DNA of 64,000 bases, from contig CBDBCZ010000019.1 in assembly GCA_965203295.1 (NCBI GenBank), forward strand, positions 2,016,001 to 2,080,000. Direction: 5' to 3'. Numbering within the stretch: position 1 is the first letter of the stretch; every line of letters starts with the position of its first letter. Source of the DNA: Nitrospirales bacterium. GTDB taxonomy: Bacteria; Nitrospirota; Nitrospiria; Nitrospirales; UBA8639. A model generated the notes under the pieces. That model searched no databases. It was given only the letters and a program-made list of their open reading frames with translations, and had not been told where the DNA came from. The translations under genes and the position numbers were made by a program. Positions 1 to 10,635 of the stretch are shown piece by piece.

Positions 1-560
1 AACGCACGAATGCAGCGAGAAAGGGCAATGCGAAGAGAGGGATATTCTTGGTTGACTTCTTTTCGAAGGGCCGTCAAGAGGTTTTCTGAACGCCCACCAA
101 TAGCGACAAGCATTTGCTCGTGAAAAATTGTTCCATCAAACGAGATCCGATACAGTTCATTCCGCCCGGGTTGTTCGCCAACCTGAGCAACCAAAATTTC
201 AACTTCATAGGGCTTCAGTTCTTGGCTAAAAATCGTCCCAAGAATCTGGGAATAGCCATTGGCCAGGGACCGTGCTGTCACATCTTCCCGGCTATACATA
301 AACCCTTTAAGGTCCGCATGCTGGATTCCAGCCTTTCGAAGATTCTCAAACTCACTATATTTTCCTGCCCCTGAAAAGGCGATGTTGTCATAGATTTCTG
401 AAATCTTAAACAGCGACGAACTGGGATTATCAGCGACAAATAACACCCCGCCGTCATATTCCATCGCAATAATCGAACGGCCTTTGGCGATGCCTTTCTT
501 GGCATACTCAGCCTTATCCTGCATGAGTTGTTCAGGTGAAACGTAGTAGGGTAAGGTCAT
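1..560 (-). CDS. prcA: 20S proteasome alpha subunit (runs off window start)
   Basis: Not in ORF track; manual translation from ATG at 560 gives MTLPYYVSPEQLMQDKAEYAKKGIAKGRS...KPYEVEILVAQV, typical of bacterial PrcA; directly downstream of prcB. Confidence 0.93.
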   Translation of the reverse strand, partial: MTLPYYVSPEQLMQDKAEYAKKGIAKGRSIIAMEYDGGVLFVADNPSSSLFKISEIYDNIAFSGAGKYSEFENLRKAGIQHADLKGFMYSREDVTARSLANGYSQILGTIFSQELKPYEVEILVAQVGEQPGRNELYRISFDGTIFHEQMLVAIGGRSENLLTALRKEVNQEYPSLRIALSRCIRA

Positions 561-563
561 TGG

Positions 564-1400
564 TTACCTGTTTTCCCGGCGAGCTTCGGCAAGCTCTCGG
601 CACATGGCTTCAACTTGAGACTCTTCCATATCACGCACGCCGTCGGCATTGACAAATTTCACCGTGGGATAAATGTTTCGTAAAGGATCAGGGCCTCCGG
701 TCCCCACATCTTCTTCAGCAGCATTGATGAGAGCTTGGAGCCCCACGATCGAAGCCTCGCCTTCCGGCATATTCTTCCGATACCGTTCTTTGATGATTAT
801 ACGAGCATCTTTTCCGCCTGACCCAACTGAATGGTATTCGGTTTCTTCGTATCGTCCACCTGCAATATCGTATTTAAATATTCGTCCTTGCCCAAGTTTA
901 TAATCAAATCCCACAAACAGCGGAATGACGACGAGCCCCTGAAGGACCATGGGAAGATTCGCCTTGATCATTTGCCCCAAGCGATTCGCCTTACCTTCAC
1001 AGGACAATTGCACTCCATCAAGTTTTTCATAATGCTCGAGTTCAATCCGAAATAATTTGGCCATTTCCACACACTGGCCTGCTGCCCCGGCGACCGCAAT
1101 AGCTGAATAGCTATCGGTTTTGAACACTTTATCCATCCGACGGGCAGCTACTTGAAATCCTTCTGTCGCTCTCCGATCCCCTGCAATGATCACACCTTTG
1201 TCATATCGAATGCCGAGGACTGTGGTTCCATGGGTCAAGGAGAGCAGATACTCTCTTCGAATTTCATCTGATGACAGCTGAGGCAATGGAGATGTTGCCC
1301 ACCGAGCTGCCGGCGCTAAATCAGGCCGCTCTTTTTGAAGAAAATCGAAAAAACTCGAATATTGATTAGGGGAGGGAAAGAACACGTGGACCAACTCCAA
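564..1400 (-). CDS. prcB: 20S proteasome beta subunit with propeptide
   Basis: HG|TTVLG autocleavage site, AGDRRAT, SVGSGG motifs; exact start uncertain. Confidence 0.95.
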   Translation of the reverse strand: MELVHVFFPSPNQYSSFFDFLQKERPDLAPAARWATSPLPQLSSDEIRREYLLSLTHGTTVLGIRYDKGVIIAGDRRATEGFQVAARRMDKVFKTDSYSAIAVAGAAGQCVEMAKLFRIELEHYEKLDGVQLSCEGKANRLGQMIKANLPMVLQGLVVIPLFVGFDYKLGQGRIFKYDIAGGRYEETEYHSVGSGGKDARIIIKERYRKNMPEGEASIVGLQALINAAEEDVGTGGPDPLRNIYPTVKFVNADGVRDMEESQVEAMCRELAEARRENR

Positions 1401-1466
1401 TTGACTATTTTAGAAAACGTGAGAGCACACGCTCATGCCTCACAGTCATCGTTCGATATTTCCATC

Positions 1467-2948
1467 TTAATTCACCAAACGTGCGACCAACTGGTCGGCT
1501 GTTTGCACACCATCTAACAACTCATTCGTCAGCACTTTCGTTCCTCTGAAAGGATCCATCAATGGGATACGCTTGACCGACGTATGACCCAGATCAAACA
1601 ACACAGATGTCCAACTCATGCCATACACGGCTTCTGGGAATTGTTTCAAACAAGCCCCGCGGAAATAAGCTCTCGTATCTGTTGGGGCTGCAAACTCGGC
1701 TTTCGCTATGTCCTCTGGTTGCAGCAATCGTTGAATTCGATTACTCCGCTCGAGGGTATAATACAGCCCTTTATTGGGACGTATATCATGATACTGCAAG
1801 TCCAACATGTGGGCTCGGGGGTCCTCCCACCCGCATCCTTTGTGATCAATATAGGACTGAATTAATTGTTGCTTGGCCACCCAATCCAACGCTCCACTCA
1901 ACTGGATGGGATCTTGTTCGAGTTTATCCAGAACCATTTCCCACTGCACAAGCACATCCTTGGTTTGGGGAGAACAGGCATGGCAGGCAAAAAAATCATG
2001 CGCGGTTTTCAGGTATTCACGCTGAATGGCAATGGCCTTGCTTGATTTCCCATCCACCAGCTTCAGATCAGCTGTCACGCTCAAATCCCTGGACACCGTT
2101 TTCATGGCCCTGACAGGGTCTTCTATTTCTATTGTTGGAAAATCGACTCCTTCCTCTAGCATCTGAACCACGAGTGCCGTTGTTCCGACTTTCAAATATG
2201 TGGAGAGTTCGGCCATATTAGCATCACCCACGATCACATGCAGTCTTCGGAAGCGTGTGGGATCAGCATGTGGTTCGTCACGGGTATTGATGATCGGCCG
2301 CTTTACCATGGTATTTAAATCAACCAAACATTCAAAAAAGTCTGCGCGTTGAGAAATTTGGTACGCCTTCGGTAGTGCCGAATTTTCAGAACCAACTTTT
2401 CCGGAGCCCGTAAATATTTGACGAGTGACAAAAAAAGGCAAAAGAACCCGAATGATGGTATCAAAAGGAACCACACGCGAAAGCAAGTAGTTTTCGTGGT
2501 ATCCATAACTATTGCCTTTGCCATCCGAGTTGTTCTTGTATAAGCAAAATTTTCCTGACCCAACGGTTTGATTCAGGGCATCAAGGCACGCTGCAGCCAC
2601 TAATTCCCCAGCCCGTTCATACGCGACCAATTCCAGAGCATTGCTACATTCCGGTGTGGAATATTCAGGATGGGCTCCATCCACATACAACCGTCCAGCA
2701 TTGGGGAGCAGTCTATTGAGAAGCCGGTTATACTCGGGACCGGGACGTTCCCGTTCACCTTCCACTTCAAATCCACGTGCGTCTAGCAGAGGATTTTCAT
2801 TTTCGTAATCCCAAATACCCTGTGGAGCAGTGAGAAAGGGGTAGTAGCTAATTAATTGGAGGGAGTTGGAAACGGGATCTGCACATTGTGGGTCCCGTGA
2901 GGAAATACCAAACTCTGTTTCTGTGCCCACAATACGTTGCAAGCGCAC
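1467..2948 (-). CDS. dop: Pup deamidase/depupylase Dop
   Basis: GTETEFG start, Dop-loop WDYENENPLLDARGF, NAGRLYVDGAHPEYSTPEC, RLHVIVGDAN, DLQYHDI. Confidence 0.9.
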   Translation of the reverse strand: MRLQRIVGTETEFGISSRDPQCADPVSNSLQLISYYPFLTAPQGIWDYENENPLLDARGFEVEGERERPGPEYNRLLNRLLPNAGRLYVDGAHPEYSTPECSNALELVAYERAGELVAAACLDALNQTVGSGKFCLYKNNSDGKGNSYGYHENYLLSRVVPFDTIIRVLLPFFVTRQIFTGSGKVGSENSALPKAYQISQRADFFECLVDLNTMVKRPIINTRDEPHADPTRFRRLHVIVGDANMAELSTYLKVGTTALVVQMLEEGVDFPTIEIEDPVRAMKTVSRDLSVTADLKLVDGKSSKAIAIQREYLKTAHDFFACHACSPQTKDVLVQWEMVLDKLEQDPIQLSGALDWVAKQQLIQSYIDHKGCGWEDPRAHMLDLQYHDIRPNKGLYYTLERSNRIQRLLQPEDIAKAEFAAPTDTRAYFRGACLKQFPEAVYGMSWTSVLFDLGHTSVKRIPLMDPFRGTKVLTNELLDGVQTADQLVARLVN

Positions 2949-2980
2949 CTCATCATTGGACTGGGTCTCAGTTTAACAGA

Positions 2981-4669
2981 TCAGAAATAATGACCTGGGC
3001 TGACGGTTTCAATTTCTTTTGATTCTTCAGAGCCGCCGGTCAACGTTCTGACGTGAACGATCTTTTCGCCCTTTTTCCCCGCAATGCGTGCCCAGTCATC
3101 AGGATTGGTCGTATTGGGCAAATCCTCATGGGCTTTAAACTCATCTCGGATGGCTTTGAGAAGGTCCTCATCTTTGATTCCTTTTTCGCCCGTTCCAATA
3201 GTCCGTTTGATAGCAGCCTTTTTGGCTCGAGAGACAACACTTTCAATAAGCGCACCACTTGAAAAATCTTTAAAGTACAACACTTCCTTTTCCCCATTCT
3301 CGTAGGTGACCTCTAAAAACCGATTGTCTTCCGACAGGGCATACATCGAATCCACGGTGATATCAATAAGGTGTGCCGTATACGCCTGCACCTCTCCACC
3401 AAGCCTGTTCACTTCTTTTTTATTATACGGCAAATCCACAACAACATATTTTCCGAAAATATCTTTTGCCGAAGTTTTATCCGGTCGTGGAATCTTAATC
3501 TTGACATCCAATCGTCCTGGCCTCAGGACGGCAGGGTCAATCAAGTCTTGGCGATTACTCGCTCCAATCACAATCACGTTGCGTAAGCTCTCTACCCCAT
3601 CAATTTCAGAAAGGAACTGTGGAACAATGGTGGATTCGATATCCGAGGAAATGCCACTCCCACGGGTTCGAAACAACGCATCCATTTCATCAAAAAAGAC
3701 CATGACCGGATTGCCGGTCGCGGCCTTATCTCTGGCTTTGACGAACACTTCCCTGATATGGCGTTCCGACTCCCCGACGTACTTGTTCAGCAACTCGGGT
3801 CCTTTCACATGAAGAAAATAGCTGCGCACGTCTTTGCCAGAGAGATGCTTCAATTTCTTGGCAATTGAATTGGCAACAGCTTTGGCTATCAGCGTCTTGC
3901 CACAACCCGGAGGCCCATAGAGGAGCACGCCCTTGGGAGGAGTGAGTTTATGCTCCGCAAACAATTCAGGATATAAGAAAGGGAGTTCAACCGCATCGGT
4001 CATTTGTTCCACTTCTTTTTCCAAACCACCCACATCCTCGTAACTCACATCTGGGACTTCATCGATCACCAATTCCTCGATTTCCGATTTCGGAAGCTTT
4101 TCCATTACGTATCCCGAGCGTATATCAAAAAGAAGATGATCGCCAACGCTCAGTCGTTCATTCATCAAAGGTTCCCCCAGCTCGACGACCCGCTCCTCAT
4201 CATGATGAAGCTGCACCAGCACTCTCATCTCGTCAAGGGTATCCTTCAGCCTGACAACCTGGCCTTGTGGGTCAAAACCACGTATCTCAATGATATTCAA
4301 GGCCTCATTTAAAATCACTTCCTGTCCTTTTCGTAAGCCTTCTCCAGAGATTGACGAATGCACGCTGACACGCATTTTTCGGCCCGACACATACACATTG
4401 GCTGTATCATCAGAGTTCAGGCTAGAAAAGAGGGCATAGGAGGATGGGGGAGCCGTTAATTTTTCAATTTCAGTCTTGAGAGATTGGATTTGCGTTTTTG
4501 CCTCTTGCAAGCTCGCGGAAAGGCGTTCGTTCTGCTTGAGTGTTTGTTGAAGCTTCAACTTCGTGTCATATAACCCACGCATTTCCTGCTCGAGAGACTG
4601 GAGCTCTTCGCGCAGTTTCTCAAGTTCGCGGGAAGGATCTTCTTGCTTACGAAATCCCATAACAAGCAC
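2981..4669 (-). CDS. arc: Proteasome ATPase ARC/Mpa
   Basis: N-terminal coiled coil, OB region, Walker A GPPGCGKT, Walker [21 protein letters not shown]-terminal GHYF. Confidence 0.95.
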   Translation of the reverse strand: MLVMGFRKQEDPSRELEKLREELQSLEQEMRGLYDTKLKLQQTLKQNERLSASLQEAKTQIQSLKTEIEKLTAPPSSYALFSSLNSDDTANVYVSGRKMRVSVHSSISGEGLRKGQEVILNEALNIIEIRGFDPQGQVVRLKDTLDEMRVLVQLHHDEERVVELGEPLMNERLSVGDHLLFDIRSGYVMEKLPKSEIEELVIDEVPDVSYEDVGGLEKEVEQMTDAVELPFLYPELFAEHKLTPPKGVLLYGPPGCGKTLIAKAVANSIAKKLKHLSGKDVRSYFLHVKGPELLNKYVGESERHIREVFVKARDKAATGNPVMVFFDEMDALFRTRGSGISSDIESTIVPQFLSEIDGVESLRNVIVIGASNRQDLIDPAVLRPGRLDVKIKIPRPDKTSAKDIFGKYVVVDLPYNKKEVNRLGGEVQAYTAHLIDITVDSMYALSEDNRFLEVTYENGEKEVLYFKDFSSGALIESVVSRAKKAAIKRTIGTGEKGIKDEDLLKAIRDEFKAHEDLPNTTNPDDWARIAGKKGEKIVHVRTLTGGSEESKEIETVSPGHYF

Positions 4670-4892
4670 TACTCAATTCAGGACATGTACGTGTGAAGAA
4701 CAGTAATGAATAAGGGTCTGTGGGATATTATAACAACATGATTTGGTTCAGTTTCTTCTGTCGCGATGACGTGCTTCTCATTCTGGGGATTCAATACTGA
4801 CGAATCTATTCAAAACACAAGAAATTTTAGCACCCGTTTTCAGAAAGGGTCAACCTATGTTTCGTCGGAACACACAGTAAACTGCCCCACAT

Positions 4893-5528
4893 CTACTCAC
4901 GATTGTCTACGGAAAGAGCATGAAGAAAATCTTGAGTTGCGGAAGCGACGCATTCACTATCCAGGATAGAGGAGACAACCGCCACTCCATAGGCACCAGC
5001 TTGTTTCACCTCGGACACTCGTAAGGGATTGATTCCCCCGATGGCAAAAATTGGAATTTGACACCGACGGCAGGCCTTCTCCAGAACTTGAATGCCAAGG
5101 GGAGGGCCGTAGGATCGCTTTGATACCGTATCATAAATTGGCCCCAACACGACAAAGTCGCCCCCTTCATCTTCTGCTTGAATGGTTTCTTCGATCGAAT
5201 GAGTCGAACGCCCTACTAACTTTCCCGACCCTAGCAACTGACGAGCTTGTTTGACAGGCAGACTATCCGCTCTCAAATGGACTCCATCCATTTCAAGCGC
5301 GAGAGCGATATCCACACGATCATTAATTAAAAACGGCGATTGCCGATTTTGCATGAGGGGACGAATGTCTTGCAGAAGAGACACAAGAGAACGTGTGTCC
5401 AAATCTTTCTCACGCAATTGGATCATGACCTGACCCACTGACAGCACTTCGCCCAAAATGGTGGGCAGGTCTCGCCCTTTGGTTTGATGACGATCGGAAA
5501 TCAGGAAGAGAGGCGGAAGCATCGCCAT
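4893..5528 (-). CDS. thiE: Thiamine-phosphate synthase (ThiE/TenI family)
   Basis: IQLREKD, LINDRVD, GRSTHS, AIGGI motifs; operon with thiG and thiS. Confidence 0.85.
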   Translation of the reverse strand: MAMLPPLFLISDRHQTKGRDLPTILGEVLSVGQVMIQLREKDLDTRSLVSLLQDIRPLMQNRQSPFLINDRVDIALALEMDGVHLRADSLPVKQARQLLGSGKLVGRSTHSIEETIQAEDEGGDFVVLGPIYDTVSKRSYGPPLGIQVLEKACRRCQIPIFAIGGINPLRVSEVKQAGAYGVAVVSSILDSECVASATQDFLHALSVDNRE

Positions 5529-5538
5529 GCAACAGGCG

Positions 5539-6324
5539 TTACAGCATCCCCTCTATGGGACTGCTGGCTGTTGCATACAATTTTCTCGGGATCCTTCCCG
5601 CCTTATAAGCTAGCCTCCCTGCATCAATCGCATACCTCATAGCTTCCGCCATCATAATGGGATGTTGAGCTCCGGCAATGGCGGTATTCATGAGCACAGC
5701 ATCCGCACCGTATTCCATGGCTAACGCCGCATCCGAAGCTGTTCCCACTCCTGCATCCACAATGATTGGAACTTTGACAGTTTCTAAGATGATCTTTAAG
5801 TTGTAGGGGTTTCGAATGCCCAACCCAGAGCCAATAGGGGCCGCCAACGGCATAACCGCCGGACATCCTACATCGACTAACTTTTGAGCCACAATGGGAT
5901 CGTCGTTCGTATAGGGTAAAACAACAAACCCCTCCTTGACCAGGATTTTTGCGGCTTCAATTAACCTAGCGGTATCAGGAAAAAGCGTCTGTTCGTCCCC
6001 AATGACTTCAAGTTTAACCAAGTCGGACACCCCTGCAGCTCTGGCTAGTCGAGCATATCGAAGAGCATCCTCAACCGAGTAACACCCGGCGGTATTCGGG
6101 AGGATCGTATACTTTTGAGGATCTATATAATCGAGAAGATTTTCAGTATTCCGGTCTATAATATTCACTCGTCGAACAGCCACCGTGACCACATCGGCTC
6201 CAGAAGCCTCAATGGCCTTTTGAGTTTCTACAAAATCCTTATACTTTCCGGTCCCTACCCATAGTCGGGATCGAAATTCTCTTCCGGCAATTATCAAGCG
6301 ATCATTCGTCATATCGATACTCAT
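5539..6324 (-). CDS. thiG: Thiazole synthase
   Basis: [37 protein letters not shown]. Confidence 0.97.
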   Translation of the reverse strand: MSIDMTNDRLIIAGREFRSRLWVGTGKYKDFVETQKAIEASGADVVTVAVRRVNIIDRNTENLLDYIDPQKYTILPNTAGCYSVEDALRYARLARAAGVSDLVKLEVIGDEQTLFPDTARLIEAAKILVKEGFVVLPYTNDDPIVAQKLVDVGCPAVMPLAAPIGSGLGIRNPYNLKIILETVKVPIIVDAGVGTASDAALAMEYGADAVLMNTAIAGAQHPIMMAEAMRYAIDAGRLAYKAGRIPRKLYATASSPIEGML

Positions 6325-6334
6325 AAAATGAACG

Positions 6335-6553
6335 CTATCCTCCTCCGATGAAACTCATGATCTCGATGCGGTCACCTTCCTGAAGTTGATACCCCTCAAA
6401 ATCGTCCCGTTCCACTATATGAAGGTTGACCTCCACAGCCACTTGATCAGGGCGAATGACTAACTCTCTTAGAAGATCGATGACAGTTGGACGCCCCTCT
6501 AACGTTCGCTCTTCTCCATTAATATGAAGTTGCATTTCTTGCGAATTTCTCAA
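6335..6553 (-). CDS. thiS: Sulfur carrier protein ThiS
   Basis: ~66-72 aa, [19 protein letters not shown]-terminus; upstream of thiG. Confidence 0.93.
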   Translation of the reverse strand: MRNSQEMQLHINGEERTLEGRPTVIDLLRELVIRPDQVAVEVNLHIVERDDFEGYQLQEGDRIEIMSFIGGG

Positions 6554-6878
6554 GCCAGCTGTCGCGTTTTTCCCTACACATTCACAATTTTTTAAATATC
6601 CAATCTGTAGATCTCATCCTACGAGAGCCCTCAAACACTTGTCAATAAAATCGATTTTCCTCAAATGCTCTTCATCTATCCCTCGGGTTCCCCTCAACAA
6701 TCCTAGAAGGGGATCTTCCTTGAAGACGTCATGAGACAATGACAAAGAGGGAAGACTTGCACGCAAAGAGTCTTCATCATGGGATAAAAACGCTCTTCAC
6801 CGTTTTTTCCTCTTGACCAGACCCCTCAGACTTCCATAAAAAGACCTCTATTCATCTATTCACCATTCATTCAAACCC

Positions 6879-7355
6879 ATGCTCGCTCAGAATACAAACC
6901 TTGCGAATTTGTTTCTGTCCATTGGTGAACTCCTCAAGACTCAAGGGGCCAACACCTATAGGATGCAGGCCTATCGACGAGCCGCTGACACCATTTCAGC
7001 TCTTCGAGAGCCGATTAAGGAAATCGCCTCTCGTGGTGAACTTGAATCCCTCCCTGGCATTGGGAAAGACTTATCTCGAAAGATTCAAGAGTACCTTGAA
7101 ACCGGAACCATTCAGACCTATGAAGAGCTCAAAAAACCTTTACCTTCGGAAATTCTCGCCTGGGCCAAGCTTCCTGGGTTCTCAGAACCTCTGGTCAATG
7201 ATTTATACTTTAGACTAGGGATCCGAACTCTAGACGATTTGGAAATGTTGACACGATCTCATATGCTTCGAACTAAACCTGGCATCGCAGAATCTACTGA
7301 TGATCTCTTGAAAGCCATCCAAGCCTTACGTGAGAACACCTTGACCGCCTCCTGA
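6879..7355 (+). CDS. Stand-alone helix-hairpin-helix protein resembling the N-terminal (8-kDa + HhH) region of DNA polymerase X
   Basis: NTYRMQAYRRAA, LPGIGKDLSRKIQEYLETG, LGIRTLDDL; no polymerase palm or PHP domain. Confidence 0.75.
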   Translation: MLAQNTNLANLFLSIGELLKTQGANTYRMQAYRRAADTISALREPIKEIASRGELESLPGIGKDLSRKIQEYLETGTIQTYEELKKPLPSEILAWAKLPGFSEPLVNDLYFRLGIRTLDDLEMLTRSHMLRTKPGIAESTDDLLKAIQALRENTLTAS

Positions 7356-7445
7356 AGATTTCCTATCCTCAAGCATGGCCATCAGGCAATGTTTGCAACG
7401 ACAATTTTCTATCTAGATCACACTTGGAAATAAGGGGGATCAGTC

Positions 7446-7682
7446 ATGGCAGTATCCGCGTTTATTTTCATTGATGTTGCAGGAGACCATACCAAAAGTG
7501 CTTACAAAACCATCACCCGAGTTGATGGTGTCAAAGTGGTGTGGTCGGTGACTGGACCGTACGACCTTATCGCACAGGTTGAGGCAGAAACCATCGAGGA
7601 ATTAATGGGTGGGGTCCTTTCCCGCATTCGAGAAGTGGATGGAATCACCAAAACGTCAACAGCCATCACCATAAGACTTTAG
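7446..7682 (+). CDS. Lrp/AsnC ligand-binding (RAM) domain protein
   Basis: 78 aa, VTGPYDLIA and DGITKTSTAI motifs, no HTH. Confidence 0.85.
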   Translation: MAVSAFIFIDVAGDHTKSAYKTITRVDGVKVVWSVTGPYDLIAQVEAETIEELMGGVLSRIREVDGITKTSTAITIRL

Positions 7683-7889
7683 GGATGGGCTCAAACATTT
7701 CAAGGGGTCTTAACTTTTGACGTAAAATTCTAGAAAGGTAGAGTCAGCCCAAAAGGCCATGATTTTTTAACTGAGACCGTAGCTGTGACAAAAAGAGGGA
7801 CGCCATCTCCCCTCTCTTATGGATTGGATGTTTGAAGAGATCGCTTGTTCTCTTGACTGTTCAGTGGCCGAATTGAATTTGCTGTGGGC

Positions 7890-9221
7890 TTAATGTGGCT
7901 CTAATTCTTTGAACACCTTCCAGGTCTTGAGCAATTCAATAGCTTTCTGCAATTGAACATCTTTGCGAACCTGAGGATCCTCTTTAACAGAACCGGCCTC
8001 GCTCGAATTTCCTGATCCTTCAGACTCCCGCTTGCTTGCCGTTCCAGGAGATATCTCCCCTGAGGAAGCCGCAGTCTTTTCATCGGCTGCAGCTATTGCT
8101 TTTGCGACAGTCACCGGTTTCATCTCGACAACGATATCCGGTTTCACCCCTATCGAATGAATGGACTCTCCTCGGGGCGTGTAGTACTTCGCCGTCGTCA
8201 ACCGGAGTCCAGATCCATCGGTCAAAGGCAAAATGGTTTGAACTGAACCCTTCCCAAAGGTAGTGGTTCCGATGATCACAGCCTTTCCCCAATCCTGCAT
8301 CGCAGCGGCGACAATCTCGGAGGCACTAGCTGATCCCTTGTTCACCAAAACGATCATCGGATAATCCTCCCGTGCGCTGTTGATCCGAGCTCGATATTCG
8401 TCTTTTCGGTCATTCCTGCCTTTAATGCTTACAACCAATTTATCAGGCTCTAAAAACTGCTCGGACACTCCGACAGCAGCTGTCAATAATCCTCCAGGGT
8501 TGTTTCGAAGGTCTAAGACCAGAGCCTGCATGTCTTGTTCACGAAGGTCGGCAAGGGCTTTCTCCAAATCATCAGGCGTGGATTCTTGAAATTGCGAAAT
8601 TCGAACATACCCTATTCGGTCATCGAGAATTTTTTTTCGAACACTTTTAATTTTGATGATATCCCTGACGATCGTAATGACAATAGGCTCGGGAGATCCT
8701 TCTCGTAGAATGGTGAGATTCACTTTGGTTCCCCTGGGCCCACGCATATGCTGAACAGCTTCCATCAGGGTTAAATCCTTCGTCAATTTCTCATCAACTT
8801 TGGCAATAATATCCTCTGCCTCAATTCCAGCTCGATACGCAGGGGTATCTTCAATCGGAGCAATGACGGTCAAACGCTGATCTTTGACTCCAATTTGAAT
8901 TCCCAGTCCGCCGAATTCTCCCTTGGTTTCAACCTGCATTTCCTTGTACATATCCGGAGTCATATAAGAGGAGTGAGGATCCAAGGTTGCCAACATGCCT
9001 CGAACCGCTCCATGCACTAATTCTTTCGTCTCCGTTTTGTCGACGTAATGCATTTTCACTTGGTGAAGCACATCCGCAAAAATTTTCATCTCTTCATAGG
9101 ATTCGCTCGCATGCCCTGGACGCTCCCATCCTTTTCCAATCAGAAATCCGGCAAGCAACGTCGAGAGGACGAGCAAACCTGAAAACCAAATAACTGAATT
9201 TCGTTTTTGTTCCATGTTCAT
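7890..9221 (-). CDS. ctpA: Carboxy-terminal processing protease, S41 family
   Basis: LDPHS, PDZ GGLGI, DLRNNPGG, SASASEIV, TFGKGSVQ. Confidence 0.92.
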   Translation of the reverse strand: MNMEQKRNSVIWFSGLLVLSTLLAGFLIGKGWERPGHASESYEEMKIFADVLHQVKMHYVDKTETKELVHGAVRGMLATLDPHSSYMTPDMYKEMQVETKGEFGGLGIQIGVKDQRLTVIAPIEDTPAYRAGIEAEDIIAKVDEKLTKDLTLMEAVQHMRGPRGTKVNLTILREGSPEPIVITIVRDIIKIKSVRKKILDDRIGYVRISQFQESTPDDLEKALADLREQDMQALVLDLRNNPGGLLTAAVGVSEQFLEPDKLVVSIKGRNDRKDEYRARINSAREDYPMIVLVNKGSASASEIVAAAMQDWGKAVIIGTTTFGKGSVQTILPLTDGSGLRLTTAKYYTPRGESIHSIGVKPDIVVEMKPVTVAKAIAAADEKTAASSGEISPGTASKRESEGSGNSSEAGSVKEDPQVRKDVQLQKAIELLKTWKVFKELEPH

Positions 9222-9441
9222 CTTCCTATTCCCGCAATTTCCCGCAATATTATACTACCATCCCTTTGTTTATCCTACATTCACTCCCTGATCTATCCTC
9301 TTCGATATTGTGGCATACATCTGAAAAGAAGAAAAAACCTTCAAACAAAAAAGAGGCTTTCCAAACATGTCAAGAAATCTTTGTGGATATTCAAGGTGCC
9401 CTATCCGAACCCAGACGGCGGGCAACAACCGCGAAACAATT

Positions 9442-10635
9442 CTATGGCCGCTTCACTAGCCAACGCAGGGGATCGACCGGTTTGATCCCCTTCCGCAATT
9501 CAAAATAGAGAATGTTATCCTCTATCAGGCCAGAATCTCCAGTCTGACCTAGTGCTTGTCCGGTAGACACCGTATTGTCCACTTTGACATTCAACTTAGA
9601 AGCATGTGCATACAAAGAAAAAAAGCCGTTATGATGATCGAGAATCACAACCTGCCCATACCCCTTCAGCCAATCAGCATACACGACCTTTCCTGCAGAA
9701 ACCGCCCGAATAGTGGTCACCTCACTGGTTCGAATCTCGATACCTTTTTTATGAATGTAGGTATCATAGTTAGGATGTTTCTGACGCCCGAACCGAGTGA
9801 TGACCTTCCCCTGTACAGGCCACAGCAGTGATCCAGCATCGGGACGAAATGCCTTTCGCTGCTTCTTCTCAAGTCTTTCGAGTTTTCGTCGTTGTTCTAA
9901 CTCTTTGAGCAACGCTTCTTTTCGATTCTCCCTCTGCTGGAGAGCTCGTAAGGCCTCAGCATGAAGAGTCTGTTCTTTTTTGAGGCTCTCGAGAATCACC
10001 TTTTTTCTTTTTCGGATTGTTTTTATCTTCTGTAATTTTTTTCCGGTTAACTGTTTGTGACGCAAGAGTGAATCTCGGGCCTCAGACTGTTGAACCTTGA
10101 GAGATGTTTCCGTTTCGATATCGGTTCGATACTTTTCTATGAGAGCATGTTCTCGCTTTGCAATGGTGGAAAGATAATCAAAACGCCGTTGGAATTCAGA
10201 ATATGATCGTGTAGCCAGTAGGGCTTTGAATTTGTTGCCTCGGCCTTCCATATAGAGCAATCGCAATCTCGCCATGATGGACTGACGACCGATCTTGAGT
10301 TGAGATCGTAAACTTTCGAGGTGTTGAGCCACCTCGTCCAATTCCCGGTCAATTTTTTTGAGCTTATGGTTGATCTCTTCGTATTCCCTGTTTTCCTTCG
10401 CTAAGTCTCGATCTACGGTTTCAATGGTCTGGAGGATATCATCATGCTTTTCCTGTGTTTCTTTCTTTTTCTTCTTGGTATGTTGGATCTCTTTTTTCAA
10501 TTGTTCTAAACGGGTTTGCTCACGTTGGATCACGTTCTCAATGGGTTTATCATCTTTCGCGATGGCGTCTAAACGCAATTCCAGCACTCCTAAAAACACC
10601 AAGGGAAAAACGATAAATAGGTGTGTGCGTATCAT
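9442..10635 (-). CDS. envC: Murein hydrolase activator EnvC (coiled coil + M23-like domain)
   Basis: Long coiled coil, WPVQGKV...SLYAH...LYFELR; follows ftsEX. Confidence 0.85.
   Translation of the reverse strand: MIRTHLFIVFPLVFLGVLELRLDAIAKDDKPIENVIQREQTRLEQLKKEIQHTKKKKKETQEKHDDILQTIETVDRDLAKENREYEEINHKLKKIDRELDEVAQHLESLRSQLKIGRQSIMARLRLLYMEGRGNKFKALLATRSYSEFQRRFDYLSTIAKREHALIEKYRTDIETETSLKVQQSEARDSLLRHKQLTGKKLQKIKTIRKRKKVILESLKKEQTLHAEALRALQQRENRKEALLKELEQRRKLERLEKKQRKAFRPDAGSLLWPVQGKVITRFGRQKHPNYDTYIHKKGIEIRTSEVTTIRAVSAGKVVYADWLKGYGQVVILDHHNGFFSLYAHASKLNVKVDNTVSTGQALGQTGDSGLIEDNILYFELRKGIKPVDPLRWLVKRP

Noticed and set aside
114..505. ORFs 114-374 and 278-505 as genes or as evidence of a prcA frameshift
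   Set aside because: prcA reads uninterrupted from 560 to the window edge in another frame
6335..6553. ThiS as the ubiquitin-like tag for the neighbouring proteasome
   Set aside because: Ordinary thiS-thiG-thiE context; Dop/PafA chemistry needs a C-terminal Glu/Gln, not Gly-Gly
6554..6878. TPP riboswitch upstream of thiS
   Set aside because: No CTGAGA...ACCTGA core found on the minus strand
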